A stretch of 64,000 nucleotides of DNA. It comes from Tubiluchus corallicola (Eukaryota > Animalia > Priapulida). Below, in pieces: positions 14,301 to 26,410 of this stretch (position 1 is the first letter of the stretch; each line of letters opens with the position of its first letter). The DNA is taken from the NCBI GenBank assembly GCA_030141605.1, contig JAQGDQ010000021.1, positions 620,001 through 684,000 of the forward strand. Reading direction: 5' to 3'. The notes below the pieces were generated by a model. The model saw only the letters and a list, made by a program, of their open reading frames with translations. It was not told where the DNA came from and made no database searches. The translations under genes and the position numbers were made by a program.

Positions 14301-17300
14301 CTTAGTTGATGTATTGCAGACAAAACTAAAAAGAATGCCATAAACAGTACAACCAGGTGAGTACTTGTACAAAAACTACAACTGAAATAGGTTAACTCTA
14401 TTTCTCGTGAAAGGCACAAGCGTATCTAAGTCTGTTTGACATTCTTATTCTAAATATAACTTATTACGCTATAACTTCCAAATGAAAAAGTAGTAGAAAC
14501 TTCATGGAGTTAAATACATTCGTTAAAAACAAGACATCTCATATGGAGCTTTTTATATGGCACACGTAAAACATTGCTACATGGAATACTGAAAGCCTCT
14601 AGCAGCAACTAGTACGTTCTAGTCTAGTCATTTAATGTGACTGACTGGTATGCTGCCACTTTGTTTGTTGGGAGCACACCTTGTACATTTATTTGTTTAA
14701 CAATTTCATGTATTTTAATTTTAATGGCAATAAATAATTTATTTACCTATCTACCTGCCTAAAATTTAACTAATTATTTACTGCGGGGGGTAATGCTTGC
14801 AATTCCTTTCGACCATGAGACTTTCCTTACAAAGACAGATATGAACACCCGGCATATTCTCAATGTGATATGAATGGCTGAGTGGTCATGCAATATACTT
14901 TGCAATAAAAGTTAAACGTCAAAGCTGGTCAGTTAATTTATTGTGACCGCCTGAGTTCAGTACTCGCTCCAATTAATTTAATTCGCCATACCGATTCTGG
15001 ATGATCACCTCACTGAGAGTAGATTTACTTACCTTTGAACCAATAAAAGTGGCCGAGACAACACTACCCGTTAAGGAAAAGAAGCTGATACCAAAGGGTC
15101 CAGTCTGCAAGCCATTATTATACAAGGCCTAACAAAATGACAGCACTAAAATTGAACAGTTAGCTGAGATTCAAACTTGTACTCCTGTATTCCAGTCTGA
15201 ATGGCCAAGGTTAGAAATAAACTAGTTAACCCTGCTGGGAGCCGCTGCTGTTCACTTACGTTATTTAACATCTGCTAGATTTTCTTTTTCAGAATGGCAG
15301 ATGTTTACATTGGTGGTTTAATAGCCATCGCTATATTTTATTTGGCGATTCTTCTTGTCGGATTATGGGCTGCAAGGAAATCTAAGCAGAGAGGAGTAGA
15401 AGCCGATAGCGAAGATGTCATGCTTGCAGGCAGAAACATTGGAACAGTTGTAGGAATCTTTACTATGACAGGCAAGGAAAGATATTGTGGAAATATAATA
15501 CTAGAAATATGAAAGCTACTTTGGCATCTCAAGTAGAAAAATGGCATAACGGTTTTTGTTTTCTTTTTCTAGCAACCTGGGTTGGAGGAGGATATGTTAA
15601 CGGTACAGCAGAAGTAGTTTATTCAAATGGAATTCTCTGGTGCCAAGCTCCATTTGGCTACAGCCTCAGTTTAATACTAGGTCTGTTACAACATGCAGAA
15701 TAAAATACAAGATGACAGTAGCACACAGGTTTCTTAACTTGCTGTTGCTATCAGTGGTTGTGAATGGCAAGGACCTTGTGGCTAGTGCTGCTGTTTCACA
15801 ACTCTTTCCAATAATTGTATTCTGTCTAGCCACACTACGTAAAGTTAAGTTTTTTCATTTCAAAAGATGTCATGGAGATTAACTAGCATGCTGGCTTTAA
15901 CACAGCTAATGTTTTATCACCAATACTTTACTACATCACTAGTGCACGCACTTCTTGTGCCATTGTTCCGAAGGATGCATCAGTCTCATTTGCATTTTCA
16001 GGTGGAATGTTATTTGCTGGTAGGATGAGAAAAGCTGGCTATATAACAATGCTAGATCCATTCCAACAAAAATATGGAAACAGAATGGGAGGTTTACTGT
16101 TTATTCCTGCTTTGCTTGGTGAAGTGTTTTGGTCATCAGCTACTTTAGCAGCACTTGGTAAGACAAAGCAAACTTTTGGTGTAAGTTCAGCACAAGACCA
16201 TTCCACATATATCTAAACATTTAGAAGTAATTCAGTTTTTTTCTAGTATACAAATCAAACTGCCTTTGCAGCTTTCGGCACAATTTGATAGTCACATCCA
16301 TTAAAAAAAATAATGACATTACTACTAAAATATTTAATATTATATGAAAAGCAAATTACCGATAAAATACTGAATTAGCATTAATATGCAGAGTGTTTTT
16401 CACTATTTTGAGACCTCAAAACAATAATTTCAAGAAAAATTCCTATAATTATCAAACACGTTTCTTTTGGCCAACAGAAAAACTTCAGACCTTTGGCTCC
16501 TATTTAAAAGCACTAAATATTTTATTAGATGCTTCACTTTCAATGATTGTACCCATTCAATGATATGCTTATTCATTTAAATAAACAGGTGCAACTATAC
16601 ATGTCATCACGGATTTGGATAAAGTAGTTTCGATAGTGGTTTCAGCTTGTATTGCTATAATGTACACTTTAGTTGGAGGACTGTACTCAGTAGCATACAC
16701 TGATGTAGTTCAACTGGCTTGTATATTTCTTGGACTTGTGAGTCTGATGTAATTATATATATTTGTAGCATTTCATCTGTTAACATAAATGAGTGCATTT
16801 ATAACATTTTCACAAAATAACTAAACTAATACATAGCAAATAAGTTAGTATCAGACTGGATAGGTTAACTTAATACGGTAAAGTGGTCAGGTCTGATCAA
16901 TCATGCAATCTTGTGGTCATCAAGTCTGTTTATAGCAGCAATTAAATGTTGAAAATTTGCTTAGAGAACTCCTTTTTCTGATATTCTAATATTTTTATGC
17001 TCTACATTCTGAGAGCCTCAAACTTCCATTAAATAGAACATCAATGAATGGATCACATATTCAAATTCAGCTTTATTCCCTAATAAACGTAAGTTTTTAC
17101 TTTTTAGTGGCTATCCATACCATTTGCAATGACTCACTCCTCAGTTAATAACCTGGGAGATGAGTCAGACAACTGGATTGGAACTATTGATGTAAAAGAT
17201 ATCGGATACTATATAGACACGCTGCTTGTACTTATTTTTGGTGGTATTCCTTGGCAGGTGAGAAACAGTTTACACTTTCACAATGTTGTGCGTTTATGCA

Positions 17301-20300
17301 ACTGCCACCTCCAAATATGGTTAGTAAACCCTATCATGCCAATACAAATTACTGAATGCAGGGCAGCAATGATTATCTAAACTAAAATGCAAAGACGCAA
17401 TCATTATTAGTATTCATTACAATCAAAGTCCAAACTGTATCTTATCTTTTGATATAATGGACAAATGACCAAATTTTAAGTAACATGCCATTTAAAAAAT
17501 ATAGTTAGTTAGGCATTAAAACTGAAAGTACAATAAATGTAAATGATAGATTTTATATAAGCAAACATCACCATTTGACATTATTGATGGCTAAATTGAA
17601 TAGCTACAAGCTACTGCAATAGTAACAATACTTACCATGTCTTGTTTTTTACTTTAATCTCTTCTGGGGAAAAGTCAATCTTTTTTATTGCTTGCCTAGG
17701 TTTATTTTCAAAGAGTACTATCAGTTAAAACAGAAAAAATGGCCAGGACTTTATCATTAGCAGCTGGTGTAGGTTGTTTTATCATGGCCATACCTCCCGC
17801 TCTCATTGGAATAGTTGCTGCATCAACAGGTAATAATAACATTTCTAGCATTCTTGCTTGAGTAAGTAAGACTCTAATGATAGTAAAATGGTGCAATATG
17901 AGCTTATTGTTAGTCTTATCAATAATTACAAAATAAGATCATTATGCATAAATCAAAGCAGGTTGATTCCCTGCTACTAGTATTCGATACAGAAATGTAG
18001 ACTGCTCAACTATACCCGAGACAGCACTTGACCCACTATTACCCTGCCTATACTCGACAATTTAAGCAGTTTGTTAGAAAAAACAGTTATACCACTTTTA
18101 AAATGTTCGCTACGGTATTTATTCCCGAGACAGAGTTGTACACCATAGAGCCTTACTTATATACCACAATTAACTTCGTGTCAATTGTTAATGTTTAATT
18201 GAGTGTTAATAGGCTTGCTTCGGTTTGCTCGAAACAAATCTCATTCGAAATTTATGAGGTGATACTGCCCAGCTGCCCAAAAAGAATATGAACCCAACAG
18301 TCAGCCATCCATTCACTGACCAGGCTTGGCGATGCTTAACTTCAATTACCAAACACAAACAGTAGCCCATCCACTGGGTTACTCACCAAAATTCATTTTG
18401 AAAGATATTTGTGGTAAACTCTGTCAACACATTCATGAAAGATTATATTTTCTTTTGTTTAGACTTTAACTTAACAGATTATGGAGAGCCTCAGGACCAA
18501 TCCATAATTTTACCTGTTGTTCTAAAGTACCTGACACCAGTATGGGTTTCATTTATTGGCTTGGGAGCAGTGTCAGCAGCAGTAATGTCTTCTTCCGATT
18601 CTTCAATACTCAGTGCAAGTTCGATGTTTGCAAGAAATATTTACAAACTTATTTTTAGACAACAGGCAAGTTGTCTGGCTGAGTCTTTCAAAAATTTATT
18701 TCCATGCAGTGGCTAGATTTGTATTTGACTTTGATACTAAAATGTTCCTTGAGCAAGGTTAATTTGTAAGCAGCAACAAAGTTGGGTTGCCAGCTAGAAT
18801 TACAAGTTAAATAATCTAAAGAACTTTTTTTCTCTTACTCATGCTTATTATCTACATGCTTTAAATCAACTTACTTGTAAAGGAGTCCACTATTTTGAGC
18901 TCATTTTTACATGACCTTTAAAAGAATCATAATTAACTACTTACTCTGGTTGGTTACATGTAAATTTTTGTATTACATGTTTTAGAATTTAGCACAGATC
19001 TAATAGTAACCATTTCATAAAAAATGTATTAATTTTTAGGCAACAGAAAAAGAGATACTGTGGGTGATGAGAGCAGCAATCTTTGGTGTTGGTGCTATGG
19101 CAACGGTAATGGGCATCTCCATTAATACGATCTACGGATTGTGGTATCTTTGTGCTGACTTAGTTTACGTTGTGCTATTTCCTCAGTTATTTTGTGTGAC
19201 TTACATCAGCTTTACAAATACATATGGTTCTCTGTTCGCTTATGTTGCAGGATTAGTGCTGCGAATTCTCAGTGGTGAGCCAATCATACATTTGACAGAA
19301 GCAATAAGGTATCCTCTGTATGACGAAGAGAATGATATGCAAAAATTTCCATTTCGTACGTTGATCATGGTGATCTCATTCGTGTGTATTATAACGGTTT
19401 CTCTATTCACAAACTGGTTGTTCCAGGGTGGAATTATGCCAGCAGAATATGACATATTTAAGTGTTTTGTTGAGAAAGAAATTGAACAGCGTACGAAAGC
19501 AGATGAAACAAATGAAGAGTACAGACTTTTAGCTACAGCAAGCAATGACAATCTGAAAATGTTTGTAATAAACAAGGACATTAATGCAAATAATATTAAT
19601 AGCAAAAATAATGATGCAGTTGCTTATGACACAATTTATCTATGATTTATTATATTTCATGAATATAAATGCTGTATGTGTATCTTTACAACAAAAGTTG
19701 TCCACGCATATACATGTACATATATATACTGACATTGTTATATTTTGCATGTGTTCTGCTTTGTCGTGCAAAGACAATAATTAGATTAACATTTCTAAGG
19801 GAATGCACAGTTAATACATCTGTGCTTATTTAAATTTAGAATTGATGTCAATTGCTCAAGGTTCAATACACTCATTACATTTTCCATAAATCAATGCCTT
19901 TTCTGCACAAACTCAAAATGGTTCTGTGATAAGAATACATTTATTCTCTAACGTATATTTAATTATTGAAAACTCTTTAAAGGTAGAAATTTTAGAGTTG
20001 CTAAGTGCAACGGTTTTTGCTGTTTGCTGAGTACTTCATGAAACAAACATAATCTTATTTATCAACTGTTCAGCAGGTTATGACATTATGATCTTTGATC
20101 TTAATGCACAGAAGTAATTAAACAGTTATAGATACTTAGGAGATTGGTTGTTTGCCATAGTGTCATTGATATGATATCACTTGATCAAAGCAGGGTAACC
20201 ATATTTATTTGTTACTGTGTATCGCTGAGCAGCAACGAGCTCCACAAGAAAACAAAATATATAATTTAGCAGATCAGAAACAATTTGTGTGATGTAAATT

Positions 20301-23300
20301 CTAGGCAATTTGAAGCTTTTAGCAGGCACTTCAAGATAAAAACGATGCAGGAATGTGAAGTCTAAGTTATAAGACAGAGAAAAACTTCTTTGGCAGCTTT
20401 TTTTCTGGAAAAGATGGATGGCAGTGTAAATGTTCAAGGGCTGATAGCAATAATTGTGTTTTACTTGTTAATTCTTCTTGTTGGATTGTGGGCTGCAAGA
20501 AAGTCTAAACAATCAGGAGCTGCGGCTGACAGTGAAGATGTCATGCTGGCAGGAAGAGACATAGGACTTTTTGTAGGAGTATTTACTATGACAGGTAACA
20601 CAAAATATGCTATAACGTGCTTGTGTCTATGTGCAAAATTATAATATCAAGATATTATATGAAGCTATGTTTTACAGTTTCAACTATTTTCAAAAATTAT
20701 TCTCATTACACATAAAATGCACTGGAAGGTCTAACTAGCTGCACATACCTTCCCATACAATCGTAAAAGTTATAGCACTGTATATTAAACTTTTGTATAA
20801 ACTTTACTGTTAATTCCAGAAAAATTGTTTGGAAGTATCCAAAATGAGACAAATTAGACATGTTCAGGTGCCTTATTGGTTATTAATGTGGTTATTCTTG
20901 CATTTGTTTCCCTTAAATTACTGAAGCAACTTATTTAATCTTTCTGTTCATGTAAACAACTATAAAAAAACTGATAATTCAGATGCTAATTTATAATTAA
21001 AAACGATAAAAATTCACTTACGACTGTCATAAGGCTTCAATGCTAAGCTAATATACAGCTGCAGGAAATGACTACAGACATTTAATCTGAAGTTTAATCC
21101 CTTTTCCAATAAAACCTAATCTTGTTGTTGCAGCAACATGGGTGGGAGGTGGTTTTATTAATGGAACAGCTGAAGCAGTTTTCAAGTACGGAATAATGTG
21201 GTGTCAAGCACCAATAGGCTACAGTTTAAGTCTTGTGATGGGTAAGTAATAAATATGTAGACTGATAAACATTGCCACACTGCTGTACTGCTGCACATAG
21301 ACCAAATTGAACAGTGTGAATTTATTAAATGCAAACAACTGATGAGTAACACAGTCTGCCATGAAATTAGCAAACTTAAAGAAAGCCATAAAGACACACA
21401 TCTTTTACTATGTGAATTATTATGAGACAGCGATAGTTCACTGTGTCTCATAGAGACAAAAGAAATAATCACTCTTCAGCTTTAACCAACAACAAGTTTT
21501 TTTCAAACAAGTTAGTTCACTCTAAGATCTTCGAACAGCCAATATTTTATAATATTTGCATGCGACTGAGGTCTGATGATGCTCCTAGGTACTGCTAGCA
21601 TTACCATGAAGTCAGCTTGATATAACAAAAAGTGCATGTACCATGTGACGAAATTGTGTGCGTATATAACGATTTAGTCAAAAGCCACTAAATTCCTGCA
21701 ATTGTCTTAGATGGTTATATCCATTCCTGCCTAACATGTGAAATTCCAAGTTTTTCACTGTCTTACAGGTGGGCTGTTCTTTGCATACACCATGAGAAGC
21801 AAAGGTTATGTAACCATGTTGGATCCATTTCAGCAGAAATATGGTACCAGAATGGGCGGGCTGTTGTTCATACCAGCCCTAATGGGTGAATTACTCTGGT
21901 CATCAGCTATACTTGCTGCCCTAGGTAAGCCAAAGGCCTGAAAGATACAGTAGCCTCCATTACTTCAATAATGATTTCAGGTGGGTTTGCACTGCACTGA
22001 CATATTATTCACGATGTAATGACATCTATTGGCAACGAGGGCACGATATATAAGCTGGTATGCGGGAGTTATATGAAGTAAGGAGATGAATTTCAAAAAA
22101 TGAATGAAACGCTTAATTAGACACTTAAAGCTTAATACTTCCTAGCATTAATATTCTGAGTGTTACGTCTGCAACTGATTAAGTAAACAGATAATGTTGT
22201 TTCATCTTAGGAGCTACAATCAGCGTCATCATGCATTTTGACAGAGTGACTTCAATTATCGTGTCAGCTTGTATTGCTATTGCCTACACACTTTTTGGAG
22301 GTCTATATTCAGTAGCCTACACCGACGTGCTCCAACTCTGTTGCATAGCTGTGGGGCTGGTAAGTACTTTGGTCATTGTCAGAATCATTTCAGATTCACG
22401 AATGCACAGAAATAGTGGATTGATATCAATGCTGCTTTTTTATTAGAATAATTTGAATTTGAATAATAACACCCAGAACTAAAACTCATTCATTCAAATC
22501 AACTTAATCTATTTCTGTGTCACTTTATGATTATAAGACAGTATGAGACAAAACAACTCTACAATGCTTTTTATTTCAGTGGATTTCTGTGCCTTTTGCT
22601 CTAAAACATCCAGCTTCTCATGGTTTAAAGAATACTTCTGAGCAGTGGGTTGGTGGTATACACAAAAATGACCTAGGACTATACATAGACAAGATTTTAC
22701 TTCTAGTATTTGGCGGGATTCCTTGGCAGGCAAGTATATCAGATACAGTCAGTCGAAAACCATAACAGCATATTCAGACAGTGTATGATTTCAGCTTTGA
22801 AAAAAGTGCTCTATGATTTCAAGTAGCCTATTTAGAATCTATTTAATGAAATAAAAATCAAATATTCTAAACTACTTTATCATCACAACAACTTCATTAT
22901 TGCAACAGGTGAATTCTGAAAATTCATAGATCAGGGGCAAGCCTAACTTCAAAGATCTTTGAGTAACATTATAAATCACATCTACTAATAAAACTGTTAT
23001 TTATCATCGTCAAAAACTGGCTGCTGCAAGAAATATTGAATAAGAACTTAGAAGTCATGTAACAAAATTTGCTTAAAAAAATTCTAAATGCATCCAGATT
23101 TCTAGTTGAAATCTGTTATCAGTTGTCATTTATTAGAAATTTACAATTTTTCAGTAACACAACTATCTGTAACAATATCAAAACTTTCTGTACTGCACAC
23201 AACAGGATTAAAAACTAGCTGGATAAAATATAATTCACCCATAATCATCTCATATTGCTAGTATTTGACTAAGTGGGACTACCCGAGTCAAATTCGGCAT

Positions 23301-26300
23301 TAATTTACTATTACCACGAAAGATATTAATGCCAATAAGGGAAGCAGCTAAGTTTAGTTCTTTAAAGAAATCACTTGGACAATTAAAAACTGCTTTTAAT
23401 CAAACTTTCATCATCCCTGTGTTCAAGTATACTCTCTCTTCACCTTTTATCGTTTTCTCGCTGCTGCACTCACCCTCTCACTGCATTTCCTGTCTCTCTA
23501 TTCTCTTTTTCTCTCCCTCTCTCTTAAAAACCCTACCAGCGAGTTCATAACTCCAGAAGGCATGCAGGGTAGACCCGTAGTCTCTCACACTTCTTCACAA
23601 TAAATGCACTATGACATTGTATTTTAGGCATATTTTCAACGAGTTTTATCTGCAAATAGTCCATCAAAGGCTAGAATATTATCTATTACTGCTGGTGTCG
23701 GATGCTTGCTATTAGCTGTCCCTCCTGCACTAATTGGATCAATAGCGGCAACCACTGGTAAGTTAAGCCAAAATGCTTCACTCACTGCTCCATAACAACA
23801 ACTCATTATTGAAGTAATCAAGAAATTTTGTTGAAAATGTGTACATGTTTCACAAATTGTCCAGACGATATACTTTCATTACTAACACAAAGTAAAAGCA
23901 TTTCAGTTTTCACACTTTTCTGATCCAGACTGGAATATGACGCAATACGGAGAACCAGTGGATCCCTCACTGATTCTTCCTTTGGTACTACAGTATTTGA
24001 CTCCATCATGGGTAGCATTTTTCGGTTTAGGAGCCGTTTCTGCTGCAGTTATGTCGTCATCTGATTCATCAATGCTCAGCTCAAGCTCAATGTTTGCAAG
24101 GAATGTATATAAACTGATCTACCGACAAAAGGTTTGAATTATTTTACTTAATGGTCAGTTGTTTAGCTTGTTCAAGATCGGATGGCATCTAGCATAAAAG
24201 TGATGGCATCTAATAGAGACCAAGAAGCCACATATTTGAAACTACTGTCAACATGATTACTGTTAATTAGCTTTGGTCATGTATGCCAACAATTAGTAAA
24301 TTGAGAATTTATGTACAGTGTTAGTTTTCCTTCTATTCATTTCTATAATGTAAATAAATAAATGAATAAATAAATATAACTGAGCATATATATATATTTA
24401 TATTTATTTATTTATTTACATTATAGAAATATATATATATTTCAGACTTGCTTCATATATCACATCATGCCATCCTGTTCCACATCAAATGTGCAGTTAG
24501 TACTAACTAGTGGAACATAAAACAATTATGCTTGTAATGTTGAATGCTTAACATCATCTGACAGCTATTCTTTATTGTGTCATTTACATATTCCAGGCAT
24601 CAGAAAGAGAAATACTTTGGGTAATGCGAATCGCTATCTTTGGGGCTGGTGTAACAGCAAGCATTCTCGGCATTACAGTGGATTCTATTTACGGACTATT
24701 TTGCCTGTGCTCAGATTTAGTATATGTTGTGCTCTTTCCACAGTTAGTTGCAGTAATTTATATAGACTTTTCTAACACATACGGATCTTTATTCGCTTAT
24801 GTTGTTGGAATGACATTAAGGATTCTCAGCGGTGAACCAATCATCAATCTGCCTGCAGTGATAAAATATCCATTATACAATGAAGACTTGAATGTTCAGC
24901 GCATTCCTTACCGGACGTTAATAATGCTCATTTCCTTCTCCTCTTTGATTATTGTTTCTAGTTTTACCAAGTGGATTTTTGAACGAAGGCTGATTTCCCA
25001 AAAATATGACTTATTTCATTGCTTTAGAGATTCATACAAAAGTGCTGTTACTTGCACTGATGAAAGTGTTGCAATGTCAGGAAAAACAACGTCGTCGGGC
25101 CTAGTCCACTTTGAACCCACGATACCCACAAAAACATCTCAGAATAATATAAATAAATATAACAATTTTTGCAAACAAAACAGCTACGAAGAATTGAAGG
25201 CACTGACAGTGTATAAGAATAACAAATTTCTAAAGTCTGAGAATGATACAACAAGTATGTTGTAACCTGAACACTTGCACTGTATATATGTAATAATATT
25301 GACCAATTTTCCAGTTAACAAACCACAATACATTAGTCTATTGTAACAGCTGCTTTTATGTTCTTGCAGTTAAGCTGAATTAAGTTTCAACACTTTTGTG
25401 GACTCTTGTTTTTGTCTTACACGCATGTCTTTAAATGACGTTCTTTGTTGTTGATAGATGGTACCAATTTGGTGGAACATTTTTAATAATTGGCATACAT
25501 ATACTAGCTAGACATTGTAGGCTTATTCCTGCATTTCTGCTTGTACCAGTTACTGTACTTAGAGTTTCACACTAATTGGACTTATTGAGTTTAAATTTAC
25601 ATGTTTATTTATCACCAAGCCAGAAACATGTAAATAGTACTGTGAACTCTGCTTATAATAAATAAGTTGCTATAAGACGTTTGTAAAACTGATGCACATG
25701 AATCAGCCTATGCACAATTAAGGACTAGAAAAAAACACATATAATGGCTGTGGCCATTGTAACAAACGCATAACCATTATAGCAAAAATTGTTTTTTCTT
25801 TTTATCTTTTTAGTCTAATATTAAATGCTCTATTAAAGTTAATCAGCATTGAAAGGAATGGAAAAAAATTTAGGAATTAGGTTTGATGAAACAGGATCAG
25901 TAACTACATAATACCACTGAAATATTTGTAAACAACTTAGTCCCAAGAACAACCTTCTTACTAAAGTTAAAGTATTTTAGTCAGGTACTTTAGAATTTGG
26001 TAAAGCACATCAACTAGAACAATATGTGCAAGAAAGTATGATACAGCAAACAGCATGACAGGTAACACTGTTAGTTTATAAAATTGACTCTCTTTAGCAA
26101 AAGAAGCAACAAGCAACATGATGGTCTTGTGGTTTAGCTCAAAATGCCGCATGTGAAGTGTTTTAATTGATGATTATAAGTCTTAAACAAAGTACTTCTG
26201 ACACCAGCAATAAGATATAAACTATGATAGAGAAAAATAGACTAACAGAACATAAGTCAGTTAGTGAATATGACTATGCTCATGATTATGACATGCAGTA

Positions 26301-26410
26301 CGTACCTGTAAGCTGTACAGTGTCCTCTGTTTGAAATGTTTTGATTTAAACGAGGCATTTGCCCCGTCACTAGAGTTTGCTCTTTTAGTTTTCACTACAA
26401 ACTTCTCCAT
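11335..26410 (-). CDS. TCEANC2: Transcription elongation factor A N-terminal and central domain-containing protein 2; exons 26306-26410, 12977-13118, 12252-12445, 11335-11523; 209 aa
   Basis: The spliced product [10 protein letters not shown]...KQRTLYSLQ|[20 protein letters not shown]...VLKDTKI|GKTVKKL...[16 protein letters not shown]...|...NIEREVF...[14 protein letters not shown] aligns end to end with recalled human TCEANC2 (MDKFVIRT...RVVVVEDIKRWKTMLELPDQ...YRRTVRALVFTLKH). All introns are GT-AG and in phase. Confidence 0.92.
13492..13889. mobile_element. hAT-type MITE with an 8-bp target-site duplication
   Basis: Terminal inverted repeats CAGGACCTGATTA ... TAATCTGGCCCTG (11/13 match), flanked by ATCACAAG at 13484-13491 and 13890-13897. 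Confidence 0.8.
14905..14965 (+). mobile_element. 5S-rRNA-derived (SINE3-like) head remnant
   Basis: aagttaaacgtcaaagctggtcagttaatttattgtgaccgcc resembles the 5S internal control region (AAGCTAAGC...CCTGGTTAGTACTTGGATGGGAGACCGCC). Confidence 0.45.
15294..19645 (+). CDS. SLC5A7: High-affinity choline transporter (SLC5A7/CHT1), copy A; exons 15294-15471, 15573-15680, 16002-16157, 16589-16737, 17108-17257, 17700-17829, 18463-18665, 19040-19645; about 559 aa
   Basis: Motifs [86 protein letters not shown] and YGLWYL. Introns 1 and 7 use GC donors. Confidence 0.95.
18290..18385 (-). mobile_element. 5S-rRNA-derived (SINE3-like) remnant in an SLC5A7-A intron
   Basis: Reverse complement reads gaagttaagcatcgccaagcctggtcagtgaatggatggctgac, matching the 5S box A to box C region. 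Confidence 0.55.
20414..25265 (+). CDS. SLC5A7: SLC5A7/CHT1-like transporter, copy B; exons 20414-20594, 21134-21241, 21769-21924, 22211-22359, 22580-22729, 23628-23757, 23929-24131, 24597-25265; about 581 aa
   Basis: Same SSS-family motifs and identical internal exon lengths (108/156/149/150/130/203 nt) as copy A. Intact reading frame. Intron 5 has a GC donor. Confidence 0.94.
24339..24430. repeat. 25-bp perfect inverted repeat (hairpin) in SLC5A7-B intron 7
   Basis: atttctataatgtaaataaataaat at 24339-24363 and its exact reverse complement at 24406-24430. Confidence 0.75.
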
